Under the pieces are notes generated by a model, which saw only the letters and a program-made list of their open reading frames with translations, was not told the DNA's origin and ran no database searches. Both the position numbers and the translations under genes were made by a program. Of a stretch of 64,000 nucleotides of DNA, positions 5,383 to 15,350 are shown piece after piece. The stretch lies in the sequence record MW845758.1. One strand, 5' to 3'. Positions within the stretch are counted from its first letter, which is position 1, and the number at the start of each line of letters is the position of its first letter.

Positions 5383-5781
5383 ATGAACACAGCAACCAGC
5401 TATTACGAATTACTTGCTAATGGCATCTTGCCAGAAGATGTAATTGAACGTTCACGCATTGATGAACTACAATCAGACATGATGGAATTTATCCATACTC
5501 TGCCCATGTTTCAGACGTGGCTTGCGACCCTTGAGCGTAGCGACCAATTGGCGATGCGTGAAGGCGAAGATGTCCCCGTTATCTATACCGGCCAAAATAT
5601 CTCCCGGCATGAAGCGCGTGCTATTCGCGATGACCCCGAGGTCATGTTAGGCTTCTTCCGTTCCATGGCAATCGCCATTACCGACAGCGGTTTACCAATG
5701 GAAGAAATCTTTGCGATAATGACTGATGCAATGTATTCAATGATACATGCCCACACGACAAAAATTGAAAACGTGCATTAA
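5383..5781 (+). CDS. Hypothetical protein (132 aa)
   Basis: SD AGGAG, clean ORF. Confidence 0.85.
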   Translation: MNTATSYYELLANGILPEDVIERSRIDELQSDMMEFIHTLPMFQTWLATLERSDQLAMREGEDVPVIYTGQNISRHEARAIRDDPEVMLGFFRSMAIAITDSGLPMEEIFAIMTDAMYSMIHAHTTKIENVH

Positions 5782-5848
5782 CTTTTTTACGGCACCCGGT
5801 CTCATTATAGGGAAGTGTGTGCTGTAGCTTCCGAAGGAGACCACTACC

Positions 5849-6235
5849 ATGATTACTAAAGTTCGACCGATGGACGTTATCCGAGCTCACCCGGACTCGT
5901 TAGCGAACATCGCGCCGCAGTCAGACCTGGACAAAGAGCTCTTGGATTCTATCCAATGGGGCTTTGCTTTGCACCCAGATGAAACTGACAACACCCAACC
6001 GATGGATATCCCGAAAGGGGCTACCATCGACTGGTCTGAGAAAGACGGTTGTGATGACGTAACCCAATACGTCAAACAGGCAACTGTGCCCCCGCGTCAT
6101 CCTATCGCTGGTGTGGCAGAGCATGTTATCTCTTTGCGTCGAATCGTGAACGCCCAAGAGTCTATCGTGCGTGAAGGTGATGCATGGCAGCACGGAACTG
6201 CCAGCCACCTTAAAACTATCTTTCAGCCCGGTTAA
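5849..6235 (+). CDS. Hypothetical protein (128 aa)
   Basis: SD AAGGAG, clean ORF followed by hairpin 6244-6264. Confidence 0.85.
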   Translation: MITKVRPMDVIRAHPDSLANIAPQSDLDKELLDSIQWGFALHPDETDNTQPMDIPKGATIDWSEKDGCDDVTQYVKQATVPPRHPIAGVAEHVISLRRIVNAQESIVREGDAWQHGTASHLKTIFQPG

Positions 6236-6294
6236 ACAAAGGTACCCTGCTCAGTGAGCAGGGTCATCTTATTTCTTCTGACCGAGGAGTTTTC

Positions 6295-6507
6295 GTGCGT
6301 GCTATCCAAGTGTTACTCGTCTGGGCGTCATTTAGTTTCATGCTCACTGCGATTATCACAATCCCGATTGGGTTTCGTTTATTGAATCCCGACAACCCGT
6401 ATTCATCTCTATTATTCGGTGCAGGCTTTTCGCTGCTGCTGGCGGATATCTTCCACCGAATTTGTGACTACTACGCTGATGCATTGTGCCGCTTTATTCG
6501 TATCTAA
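6295..6507 (+). CDS. Small membrane protein (70 aa, two TM segments)
   Basis: SD GAGGAG with GTG start, two hydrophobic segments, followed by a UUCG hairpin 6506-6525. Confidence 0.75.
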   Translation: MRAIQVLLVWASFSFMLTAIITIPIGFRLLNPDNPYSSLLFGAGFSLLLADIFHRICDYYADALCRFIRI

Positions 6508-6548
6508 CCTGCCTTCGGGCAGGTTCTCGTCTTTTTATTTTTTGCATG

Positions 6549-6582
6549 AAAAAAGAAAAGCTGCCCACCCGAAGGCAGGCAG
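6549..6582 (-). terminator. Terminator for the minus-strand gene 6588-7400
   Basis: CTGCC..GGCAG hairpin with an upstream A run on the + strand. Confidence 0.65.
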
Positions 6583-6587
6583 AACTT

Positions 6588-7400
6588 TTACGCGGTGAAA
6601 CGACCACCGGACATGTAGTTGTAGCGGTCACCGATGTCATCGTTGTGAACCATACAACGGCGTACTTTTGGTACCGTGTCATCAAACATTTGACCGGCAT
6701 CGGAGTACGTTTGGATAACATCAGCAAAGGCACCGAACTGCATACCGTTTTGCAGCATACCGGAGTCCATGTCAAAGATAAGCTTGCTGTAGATATACCC
6801 ACGACAGGCATGCTCAGCCAACTCTTCGATGATTGGGTAGAAGGCCGGTTTGATTTCGTTAAGCTCTTCGGTCATGGCAAACTGTGCCATAATCTTGGTA
6901 GCGTACACGAACATCCCCGGGTCTTTTACCACAATGGCATTCGGTCCAGCGATACGCACTTCTGCAGACGAGATACGCGGCATCGCCGAGTTACTGTCCA
7001 CCACCTTATTAACCGAACTCAATACACCTGACGTCACGCCATCCAGATACGAACCAGCCGGCGGTAAGGTATAAGCCTGACCGGCAACGGGCGTTACCGC
7101 AATGTGTGCTGCTACCAACTCACGCCCACCGGTGATTTGCTCATCGATGAAATACACGCGACTGTACTGGTCGATTGGATCGGGTTCGTAGGTTGCTGAG
7201 GTCAAATCGATTTCCATGTACTGACCCATACGGGCCACTTCTGGAATGACATACTCACGAATCACACGATTCATGATTTCGTTATCTACGCTACTCGCAA
7301 TCCCCAACAACTTTAAGTTTTCCGGGACGAAAGCCGCCCGCAAGATAGGCTCGGGAATCTTGCGACGGATGCGACGTAGGCACGCGTCTAACACATTCAT
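6588..7400 (-). CDS. Conserved phiKZ-like protein, probable virion structural protein (270 aa)
   Basis: SD GAGGAG. Isolated minus-strand gene upstream of the polB block, as in SPN3US-like genomes (synteny from memory). Confidence 0.7.
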   Translation of the reverse strand: MNVLDACLRRIRRKIPEPILRAAFVPENLKLLGIASSVDNEIMNRVIREYVIPEVARMGQYMEIDLTSATYEPDPIDQYSRVYFIDEQITGGRELVAAHIAVTPVAGQAYTLPPAGSYLDGVTSGVLSSVNKVVDSNSAMPRISSAEVRIAGPNAIVVKDPGMFVYATKIMAQFAMTEELNEIKPAFYPIIEELAEHACRGYIYSKLIFDMDSGMLQNGMQFGAFADVIQTYSDAGQMFDDTVPKVRRCMVHNDDIGDRYNYMSGGRFTA

Positions 7401-7524
7401 TTGTACGCTCCTCAGAAACGTTTTACGGGCTTCATAGCAATTAGGAAGGCTAACCCCAAGGTCGCTAATAAAATTACATTACAGTGCTATTCTGTGCGGT
7501 GTAACGCATGCTAAAAAAGATTCG

Positions 7525-7544
7525 GATAGATATTATTACCGTGA
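7525..7544 (+). promoter_or_regulatory. Putative early promoter motif
   Basis: GATAGATATTATTACCGTGA. Confidence 0.7.
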
Positions 7545-7566
7545 TTAATTGCAAGGAGTTTCTAAT

Positions 7567-7884
7567 GTGACTAATGTACTATTCGAACTGTACCCCGGTC
7601 TCGGTTCTTGTATACCAACAGATATAATAAAAGGTATACAGGAGCTGTTGTTTCCGGGCATGTATCCGGACATACCGAAACGTATCCTTACCGAGGCAGA
7701 ACGTCAGTTCGGCAGTTCTGCTTGGTATACCGTCTTCTCGCTTGGGCGTCATCACGCTCAACCGTTTCACTTTTGCAATGGGGTTGTAACTACGTGGTCA
7801 AATTACACATCGAACCAGCTGATGTCCATAATCAGATCTGGCAACCAATCATGCTATCCCCTTACGGAAGATGTTTGGAAATGA
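7567..7884 (+). CDS. Hypothetical protein (105 aa; start moved to GTG7567)
   Basis: SD AAGGAG 8 nt upstream; stop overlaps the next ATG (ATGA). Confidence 0.65.
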   Translation: MTNVLFELYPGLGSCIPTDIIKGIQELLFPGMYPDIPKRILTEAERQFGSSAWYTVFSLGRHHAQPFHFCNGVVTTWSNYTSNQLMSIIRSGNQSCYPLTEDVWK

Positions 7885-8492
7885 CGGAGCGTGATCGCCA
7901 AAAGTTGACAGTCCAATTCTTACACACAGCATTGGAAGATATCTTCTTGTCAATTGAGGAGATGCCGAACGCCCGTTATGAAGACCATCTTGCACCATTC
8001 GTCAACCAAAAGATGCTCAACGATTATCTGGTGACTTACGGTCTTATCGAACCCGCGGAAACGATTGTCACGTCGACAATGGTCACACGCGAAACCATCA
8101 TTGGTATCACCCCACTTGCCAAAGTGGAGCAGGAACGTCAGGTCTTGGAATCGACCGAAACGCTAACTCAACTGGCGTGGGACAGAGAGTTTGGGAAGTT
8201 CCGTGACGCTGTTGAGAAAATGATTGTACATGCGTGTCGTCAGTTAAAGACACGATTCAATCCTTACGCAACCGTAACCTTACTTCCGCTGCTGGGCCGG
8301 AATGCTCGTATTGTGACTCTGGAGTTAACTTTAGGTGAAGACATTAGACACAGCTACTACCGGAAACAATTTCCCGGAGGGCGATACCGTAGTAATGATG
8401 ACGAGCCTCAAGTTTGTGACATTCCGGGCCTACGAGAAGCTCCTACAGGAAGAAATCTTGACGAGTGGATACGATACACAGTACGCGTCTAA
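7881..8492 (+). CDS. Hypothetical protein (203 aa; start moved to ATG7881)
   Basis: ATGA coupling with the upstream ORF; the track start at 7608 overlaps that ORF. Confidence 0.7.
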   Translation: MTERDRQKLTVQFLHTALEDIFLSIEEMPNARYEDHLAPFVNQKMLNDYLVTYGLIEPAETIVTSTMVTRETIIGITPLAKVEQERQVLESTETLTQLAWDREFGKFRDAVEKMIVHACRQLKTRFNPYATVTLLPLLGRNARIVTLELTLGEDIRHSYYRKQFPGGRYRSNDDEPQVCDIPGLREAPTGRNLDEWIRYTVRV

Positions 8493-8772
8493 GCAAATCA
8501 TTCTGGATTTATTGGAGTACCTTGTAGAATCCTTCAATCCCTACGGGGCGTGGGATGCAAGACATGTTTTGTTGTTGTGTCGCGCTACTCGCCCACGAAC
8601 TACGATATTCGAGGCGCACCGTATCACCAGCATCGTTCGTTATACGCTGTGTGAAGAGCTTGCGGTTCCGCCAAAGGGTTATCGGCTTTACGTTCGATGT
8701 CAAGGGGAGTTCATTCGTTACATCCCCATTAAGGTAAACGGTTATGATTACGATACTGCTGCACACGCCTGA
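8395..8772 (+). CDS. Hypothetical protein (start uncertain)
   Basis: Fills the gap in an overlapping gene array. Confidence 0.55.
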   Translation: MMTSLKFVTFRAYEKLLQEEILTSGYDTQYASKQIILDLLEYLVESFNPYGAWDARHVLLLCRATRPRTTIFEAHRITSIVRYTLCEELAVPPKGYRLYVRCQGEFIRYIPIKVNGYDYDTAAHA

Positions 8773-9175
8773 GCTGTACAAAGAAATCATGGCCGTGGTT
8801 CGTCAGTTCACGGGTTATGAATATTTGGATCAGTCTGATCTGATTGATCACTATGCGGAAGAATTTATACGCATCGAGCTGCGCCGTCGCTTGTTTAAAA
8901 TTGACAACGCTAACACGCGGTTTTGGATTTACGCCCAGTTGTGGGAAAATCCGCTGGTCACGGATTACTTTACAACTCACACGGTGAATCAGTCGTTAAC
9001 GACATCACCGGAGCTCTGGGCGGCATTAGAAACAGAAGTCACTTTCACTCTATACGACGACCCCCTGATGTGGCATCTCGGTGGGGGCGTCTGGAAAATC
9101 TTAACTGCGGGGTATGCACCATGTCGCAACAATACTTCCTTATCCACAACTACCAGTTCAATGCTGGGCCACTGA
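8744..9175 (+). CDS. Hypothetical protein (143 aa)
   Basis: Overlapping operon-like array. Confidence 0.75.
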   Translation: MITILLHTPELYKEIMAVVRQFTGYEYLDQSDLIDHYAEEFIRIELRRRLFKIDNANTRFWIYAQLWENPLVTDYFTTHTVNQSLTTSPELWAALETEVTFTLYDDPLMWHLGGGVWKILTAGYAPCRNNTSLSTTTSSMLGH

Positions 9176-9630
9176 CGGAGTTCGACCCGAACTCTATCTT
9201 GCGTGAAATCAACACGGACGTGAACAACATCCTGAACACGGCTGTTGGCTTTATCGAAAACCAAAGTATCGGTGAGTTGGACTACCAGTTGCCGAACACG
9301 ATGAACTACGTTACCAACGAGCTGAACGCGCGGGGAATAATCATCGAGGGTGAAACAGTAATGACGTATAGCCGGGCGATACAAGAGATTGCCAAGCTTT
9401 ATGTACAGGCGCTGTCGGAGTCACCGTTCTGGATTACGCGATTCGCGCAGTGGTGTGGTGCTCGTTACAGTGACCACGTCCCAGACGCGGTTGAGATGGT
9501 TGTGGACTTTAACATCATTAAGTTCGAAGCGTTGGAGAACCAAACCACGCTTGACAACATCTCACCGATCATCATGAACATCGTGCACCAGCTCATCGGT
9601 TCATTAGGCGGGGGTCTGCGTGGCCTATGA
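9121..9630 (+). CDS. Hypothetical protein (start moved to ATG9121)
   Basis: In frame with track ORF 8923-9630; GGGG-like SD upstream. Confidence 0.7.
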   Translation: MSQQYFLIHNYQFNAGPLTEFDPNSILREINTDVNNILNTAVGFIENQSIGELDYQLPNTMNYVTNELNARGIIIEGETVMTYSRAIQEIAKLYVQALSESPFWITRFAQWCGARYSDHVPDAVEMVVDFNIIKFEALENQTTLDNISPIIMNIVHQLIGSLGGGLRGL

Positions 9631-10217
9631 TTTACGCTTACGACCTGATGGACATTGTCAAGAACTTCGGCACCACTAAGTTCTACGAACACATCCGTGA
9701 ACACATCTGCGTTATCGTGGAGAAGTCCGGACTGAACTTCGTGGAGTCAGATGAGGCGATTACTGGCGTTTACCAGAAATACGCGTTGGCGTATGCGGTA
9801 GCCACCAAAGCCCGTAGTCTTGACGTGTTAATTGAAATCCTGTTTGAAGATTCCCACGACCCGGTAGGTGATTGGCTTACGGTCAAAGAGCAAACCCTCC
9901 TTGACATGAATGCGCTCGAAGCTATCGAGAACATTACCAATCCCAAACCGGTTATTGCGGAAGACGAGTTCACACTGGATGTGGATTCTTTACAGGTCTT
10001 CCCTAACAGTTATGGTGATGATGACCAACAGCAGCTGGCCTTTCAAGCCGTGTGTGAATTGTTTGCACACGAAATGGAAACGCAAACCGGGTTATACGGT
10101 TTGTTTGAGCAGTTGATGCCGGGTACCTACAACCGTTACGTGGGCGATGATTACTTTACAGCAGTGGTGATGTGCGATGCGCCTTTACTTGAGTCTATCG
10201 GATGTGTATCAATCTAG
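9627..10217 (+). CDS. Hypothetical acidic protein (196 aa)
   Basis: ATGA coupling with the upstream ORF. Confidence 0.8.
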   Translation: MIYAYDLMDIVKNFGTTKFYEHIREHICVIVEKSGLNFVESDEAITGVYQKYALAYAVATKARSLDVLIEILFEDSHDPVGDWLTVKEQTLLDMNALEAIENITNPKPVIAEDEFTLDVDSLQVFPNSYGDDDQQQLAFQAVCELFAHEMETQTGLYGLFEQLMPGTYNRYVGDDYFTAVVMCDAPLLESIGCVSI

Positions 10218-10638
10218 TGCTGTGCAGGCTGCGATGGACAGAATTCAAAACCATCAGTATGCCAACGCAGATATCGCTAGCATCTTCTACATCTTCGTGA
10301 GCGAGTATGCTCGTGACTGTGTAGAAACCGTGATGTCGAATAAATGTCACGGCGTGGGGTTCTTAACATACACCCCACCAGATATCACGAAGTCTCTACA
10401 CCTTATCCGACAACTGGTTCGGTCCGACGTATTCATTGCTCTGAATGACAGCATTCATGAGTGGTGGGCGACGACCCAGCGAGCGGACATGGGATTGCTC
10501 AAAAGCCCGGAGTTGATCAGACTCGCTGACTCCATACGGGAATCTGCAGGCCTAAACTATGAAGCGTTTGCCGAGTCGGTGAAGGTCACATTAGAAATGA
10601 ACGAGATAAGGACTGCGTTTATCCTTGTCGAAGTTTAA
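10177..10638 (+). CDS. Hypothetical protein (153 aa)
   Basis: Overlapping array. Confidence 0.7.
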   Translation: MRLYLSLSDVYQSSAVQAAMDRIQNHQYANADIASIFYIFVSEYARDCVETVMSNKCHGVGFLTYTPPDITKSLHLIRQLVRSDVFIALNDSIHEWWATTQRADMGLLKSPELIRLADSIRESAGLNYEAFAESVKVTLEMNEIRTAFILVEV

Positions 10639-10647
10639 GGAGTAGGC

Positions 10648-11262
10648 ATGGTGTACAGAGTGCTCTCCCCACAATCCTATTGCATGCAACTGGGGGTTGT
10701 GGGATACATCGACCAAGGTGAGCTGTTTGCCAGCGCCGTGCAAGATGTGATTAAAGGTCTTGCACCTTTCTCGTTTGAAGTGAACCCCAATAACTTCACG
10801 CCTGAGGCTTTGTTTGATTCTGCTTACGATGGCATGATCGCATCAGCCAGTTCGAAGAGCCCAGTGTTGTGGACTACACAGCACACGGCTTTATTGAATG
10901 AGTTTCTGTTAAAGGTCTATCGTGAATACCGCAGCTGGAAGTTCCGCTCGGCATTAGACGAATCGGTGGCAGCGGATACCCTGTATCCAGAACTGGAACC
11001 GGTGGCCAATCTGTGCCGTGAGATGAACCACGGCAAACAGAAGACAGCAGATGCAATCATCGCATTTACCGTTGAACGTTTTGCACATGACCTGTCGCAT
11101 CTGGCGTACGAAGCTTTTGATGACACGATGACGATGTTCCTGAAAGCACATCAACGTCGCATCAAAACCATGCGTATCAAAATTGATGCAAGTAATCTGG
11201 ATTATGCAATGCTGGATATGAAAATGCTCATTGAGGTTGAAGAGGGCGAAAATGACAGTTGA
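10648..11262 (+). CDS. Hypothetical protein (204 aa)
   Basis: SD AAGGAG. Confidence 0.85.
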   Translation: MVYRVLSPQSYCMQLGVVGYIDQGELFASAVQDVIKGLAPFSFEVNPNNFTPEALFDSAYDGMIASASSKSPVLWTTQHTALLNEFLLKVYREYRSWKFRSALDESVAADTLYPELEPVANLCREMNHGKQKTADAIIAFTVERFAHDLSHLAYEAFDDTMTMFLKAHQRRIKTMRIKIDASNLDYAMLDMKMLIEVEEGENDS

Positions 11263-11662
11263 TGTAAAACAGTTTGAACCGGGTCAGCTCGCTAACCTGA
11301 TTTACGACACGCAGGCCAAAGCACAGGACACGCGTGTTACACTTCAGGGTGTGGTGGGTTACTCTCAGGCTAAGGGCGTAGAAGATGTGCGTGTTACGCA
11401 CAACAACATCTACTCGACCTTGGTATCCAAACCTGAGAACAAAATTGAGAAGTGCCTGTTCTTGCTGTATACCGACAGCAACAACAAACTTCACGCCGCA
11501 GCCGATGTCTGGTTGCGCGAAGTCAAAATCATCAAGAACCTCACCGTAAACTTTACGCTGACGGTGGACAGCCGTGATGACATTGACCTGATTAACAAAG
11601 CACTGGCCTCCCGTGGATTCAGCGAAGTCGATTACGACATCGTGGATAACACCGGGGCCTGA
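11252..11662 (+). CDS. Conserved hypothetical protein directly before polB
   Basis: ATG11252 with GAGGG SD, followed by a terminator. Confidence 0.8.
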   Translation: MTVDVKQFEPGQLANLIYDTQAKAQDTRVTLQGVVGYSQAKGVEDVRVTHNNIYSTLVSKPENKIEKCLFLLYTDSNNKLHAAADVWLREVKIIKNLTVNFTLTVDSRDDIDLINKALASRGFSEVDYDIVDNTGA

Positions 11663-11668
11663 GAACTG

Positions 11669-11704
11669 CCTACCGCTTCGGCGGTAGGTGTTTCTTTTTT
11701 TTTT
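11669..11704 (+). terminator. Rho-independent terminator
   Basis: CCTACCGC-TTCG-GCGGTAGG plus T run. Confidence 0.9.
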
Positions 11705-11753
11705 CACAGGTGCGCTATCTATTATAGATGATGAATTGAACGGGGAGTTGGCC

Positions 11754-14045
11754 GTGAGTTACCAAGAACCCTTCCGGCTAACGGAAGATGAGTACGAGCG
11801 TGATATTGACACGCAAGATGCGTACCTTGAACAAATTTCCCACTATATCGAAGTCATGTGTGACCACCAGTACGACACGGACTTCATTCGTAAACAACTT
11901 GAAATCATGTTCGGTCCGGAGGGTGAACTACAACACACCTTCCCATCGTGCAAGATGTGGGTACGTAATGCCCAGACCGGTGACCGCGAAGAGAAATACA
12001 CCACGGTTGATAAACTCTTTCGTAAGGTGATTGATAAAAACATTATCTCCGCACCTTCACTGACGTTCTACATGCCAGAGTCTGCAAAGCGTTCGAAGCT
12101 TGCAGAGTTTACTGCCGATAACGTGCGTAAACGTGGTGTGATTAAAACCGAAATGTCAGATGCGTTCGCTGCGGGTAACCCGGTATTGGGTACCAACAAA
12201 AAGAACGAACAGAACGCCGTTAAGACACTGAACAACGGCATGTCCGGAGCATTCAGTTCTCCGTACACAATTCTGTTCAACCAGTCTGCCCACTCAACCC
12301 TAACATCGACCTGCCGTACGGCCACCTCGTTTGGTAACGCCGGTAACGAACGCCTGTTGGGTGGTCGTCGCCATTACGATACCGCTTCTCGTGTTATCGA
12401 CCACTTCCTGACTATCTCTACCCTGACCGATTGGGTTGAGTTCAAGAAGTGTATGGACAAATACGGTCTGCACATTCCGACGGTCGAAGAGACCATGGAC
12501 GTCATTCTGTATTCCGCGAAAGACTACTGGCGCTCTGAAGAGAACGTTGAGAAAATCCGATACTACGTTGAGCGTACACACGACATGCATCGTGCGGCGT
12601 TTGTGTACATGGGTGACTTCTTCCATCTAGCGAAGTACAACGATCAGTTCATGCGTGGCTTTATCGGTGCCTTGATTTCCAAGGACATGGCCTGCGAAGA
12701 AGAAATCACAGACTGGAAAGCCGCCGAGAAGTCTATCGACGGGGATATGAAAATCATCATCTCCCAGTTCCGTACAGACGTGGTACCAAAAGGTAAATCG
12801 TTTAAAGACGTTAAGTTAGTGAACGATGAAACCAAAGTTCCTCTGCCGTGGGAAGAGCAGGGCCGTTATAAAGAGCTGATTCGCTCTGCGGTGACCTTGC
12901 AGAAAACCATCGGGCAATACGCCTGCCTCATTCGTAACGTACTGACCACCAAAAACTTACCGATTAACATTGCGCGTATGCCAGATGTTATCCGTAATGT
13001 TGGCGTGGTATCAGATACGGACTCCACGATGATGACGGCACAGTGGTGGGCACAGTGGTACACCGGTAAACATCACGGCGAAGAAGCCACACGTGTATCG
13101 GATGCGATGATTTATATTGCAACCCAACACCTGCGTCATTTGATGGCGAGTATGTCAGCGAATATCGGGGTAGCGAAGAAACGCTTATTCCTGTATGCGA
13201 TGAAGAACGAGTATAAGTTTGACTCGTTTGCTCTGACCACCAAAGCAAAACACTACTTCTCGATTATCACCGGGCAGGAAGGTCAGTTGAAGAAAGAACC
13301 GGAATTGGAAGTGAAGGGCGTGTCTCTGCGTACCTCAAACATCCCACCGGTTATCATGCGTGAGTTTAAGAAGACCATCAAAAACCTGTGTATTCAGGTT
13401 GCAGCAGGCGAGAAGATTGAAATCGTTAACCTGTTGGAGAAAGTGGCGGGTATCGAGCACAACGTTATGGACTCGATCAAATCCGGCAATGGTGACTTCT
13501 TAAAAACCACGAACATCAAAGACCGTTCTGCGTATCAGGGTGATGAGAAGCAGTATCACTACCATCGCATGTACAACACAGTGTGGGGACCGAAGTACGG
13601 CATGTTGGCTGAGCCACCGTACGAAGCGGTTAAGCTTCCGGTAAACCTTCAGAACAAAACCGCCATCAACGATTGGCTGGAAAGTATTGAAGACCCCATG
13701 ATCAAAAACGGCGCGAAGGCTTGGTTTGAAGAAACCGGTTATCGCAAATACACCACGCTGGTTATTCCAGCTTATCTCATCGAGAACTTCGGCTTACCAC
13801 CTGATCTTGCCAAAGTCGCTAACGTGCGTCGTTCTGCATTTGCAACTGTAGAACCGTACTACCATGCGCTGGAGTGTCTGGGGGTGTTCATGATTGATGC
13901 GAACCGTACCCGACTGCTGTCGGACTACTACGGCTCGTCTATCGAAGATGTCATGCAACAACTCATTGATGCTGACGAAGGTGACGACGAATGGGAAGAT
14001 GAGGAAGAGGACGACGAAGACGATGACGCTATCGCCGAAGATTGA
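11754..14045 (+). CDS. Family-B DNA polymerase, subunit with motifs B and C (phiKZ gp50-like)
   Basis: KNEQNAVKTLNNGMSGAF (motif B), VSDTDS (motif C), AKHYF and KGVSLR. GTG11754 with GGGGAG SD; acidic C-terminus. Confidence 0.85.
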   Translation: MSYQEPFRLTEDEYERDIDTQDAYLEQISHYIEVMCDHQYDTDFIRKQLEIMFGPEGELQHTFPSCKMWVRNAQTGDREEKYTTVDKLFRKVIDKNIISAPSLTFYMPESAKRSKLAEFTADNVRKRGVIKTEMSDAFAAGNPVLGTNKKNEQNAVKTLNNGMSGAFSSPYTILFNQSAHSTLTSTCRTATSFGNAGNERLLGGRRHYDTASRVIDHFLTISTLTDWVEFKKCMDKYGLHIPTVEETMDVILYSAKDYWRSEENVEKIRYYVERTHDMHRAAFVYMGDFFHLAKYNDQFMRGFIGALISKDMACEEEITDWKAAEKSIDGDMKIIISQFRTDVVPKGKSFKDVKLVNDETKVPLPWEEQGRYKELIRSAVTLQKTIGQYACLIRNVLTTKNLPINIARMPDVIRNVGVVSDTDSTMMTAQWWAQWYTGKHHGEEATRVSDAMIYIATQHLRHLMASMSANIGVAKKRLFLYAMKNEYKFDSFALTTKAKHYFSIITGQEGQLKKEPELEVKGVSLRTSNIPPVIMREFKKTIKNLCIQVAAGEKIEIVNLLEKVAGIEHNVMDSIKSGNGDFLKTTNIKDRSAYQGDEKQYHYHRMYNTVWGPKYGMLAEPPYEAVKLPVNLQNKTAINDWLESIEDPMIKNGAKAWFEETGYRKYTTLVIPAYLIENFGLPPDLAKVANVRRSAFATVEPYYHALECLGVFMIDANRTRLLSDYYGSSIEDVMQQLIDADEGDDEWEDEEEDDEDDDAIAED

Positions 14046-14397
14046 GGCTAAGATTCGCTCAGAGGTTGAGCGTTTTTTAACCAAACTCCAACACATGGAA
14101 AATGTCACGGATGTGCGGTTCAGTAGTGATGGCCCAAACGCATTGATTATCAGGGCGGTGATTCCGCCCAAGATCAAACGGGTTGAGCTTATCCAAGCAG
14201 AGATCGAAAGCTTCCAACGTACGGCTGTGGAATACGTCACAGCCAAAGGGGCCAAGAACCTCGCCATGGTTTACAGCCAGAAGGTTGCGAACGATGTGAA
14301 GGCATATGCCGATGACGGGGTGCGTGTGGCTCAGGTGATTCTGAAGGGGGATAAACACCCTTTCCGTGTAACGTACATGGTGCGCGATGAGCTATAG
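14023..14397 (+). CDS. Hypothetical protein (start moved to ATG14023)
   Basis: Overlaps the polB 3' end. Confidence 0.7.
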   Translation: MTLSPKIEAKIRSEVERFLTKLQHMENVTDVRFSSDGPNALIIRAVIPPKIKRVELIQAEIESFQRTAVEYVTAKGAKNLAMVYSQKVANDVKAYADDGVRVAQVILKGDKHPFRVTYMVRDEL

Positions 14398-14584
14398 TGA
14401 ACAGAAGGCCATGGCAGCCGCAGCTGCCAAAGCTTCCGAAATTCGTCGGGAGCTCGAAGAACGCGGGATGGAACAAATCGTTTGTCACCGCATTCACCAT
14501 CGCCACATTCGTTTTACTGCATACGACCCGAAGAAGAAACGTGCAATAGAATCTAACGGGATCGTAACGGAGGAAATGCTGTGA
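14387..14584 (+). CDS. Small hypothetical protein (65 aa)
   Basis: Coupled to neighbours on both sides. Confidence 0.65.
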   Translation: MSYSEQKAMAAAAAKASEIRRELEERGMEQIVCHRIHHRHIRFTAYDPKKKRAIESNGIVTEEML

Positions 14585-14916
14585 AAGAATATCTGGTTCA
14601 CGCTCCACTGCCAAACGGGCAAACCTACTCCGCGATGCGTCAAACAGAAGAAGACGCCTTTGCTGATATGCTGAACGCTATCACTGAAGGCAGAGAAAAG
14701 CCTGCGGAGGCTTCCGTGATTTATCTCGACAGCGGCGTTCCGATGATCGCTTCTCGGGATATGGAATTACCAAAGTTCGAACTGACCATCCGTGAACACG
14801 GTGAAGACATCTTCAAACGCGTGTATGAGAACTACAGCGTTTCAACGTGGACACTGCATCGCCTTATGTCGTTTCGTAAGCTCCATTGGTCTGAAACCCA
14901 ACCGCTACAATCGTAA
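14581..14916 (+). CDS. Hypothetical protein (111 aa)
   Basis: SD GGAGG, GTGA overlap. Confidence 0.75.
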   Translation: MKEYLVHAPLPNGQTYSAMRQTEEDAFADMLNAITEGREKPAEASVIYLDSGVPMIASRDMELPKFELTIREHGEDIFKRVYENYSVSTWTLHRLMSFRKLHWSETQPLQS

Positions 14917-14930
14917 GGAGTAAGTCGTCT

Positions 14931-15260
14931 GTGAAACTTTATTTTTGCGCCACACTAGGTGAAAAAGATGAAAGGCCTATCGGTGCCCAGCTGTACCGTA
15001 CGCCGTATCACGCAGCAAAACGTTTCCTTGAAGACCACCCAGATTTCAAACCTATTGAAGGTTCCTATATGGGTAAGGTGGTGTTCGAGGGTCAGGCTAC
15101 TGACAAGCTCTACAGCTTCACCCACGGCTCTGTGGAAGTTGAAGGCCCTGTTGACCATCTCGGTGAAGAAGGCGATGTGAACATCAGTTTCTATCGCAAT
15201 CTCAGTTATGATGACTTTGTATCCGGTTTGCCGGTGATGTCAGTTCGTCACGACAAATAA
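14931..15260 (+). CDS. Hypothetical protein (109 aa)
   Basis: SD AAGGAG, GTG start. Confidence 0.8.
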   Translation: MKLYFCATLGEKDERPIGAQLYRTPYHAAKRFLEDHPDFKPIEGSYMGKVVFEGQATDKLYSFTHGSVEVEGPVDHLGEEGDVNISFYRNLSYDDFVSGLPVMSVRHDK

Positions 15261-15269
15261 AAGAAGAAG

Positions 15270-15297
15270 ACCTGCACCGTGAGGTGCAGGTTTATTT
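15270..15297. terminator. Terminator between convergent genes
   Basis: ACCTGCACC-GTGA-GGTGCAGGT with A-rich and T-rich flanks. Confidence 0.75.
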
Positions 15298-15350
15298 ACC
15301 CTATTATATGGAGCACCTATACAGGTGTTTCGAACAGGGGAGAGAATTTT

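Noticed and set aside
11688-11753. Track start of polB (MFLFFFTG..)
   Set aside because: It runs through the upstream terminator T run; GTG11754 with a GGGGAG SD is more plausible.
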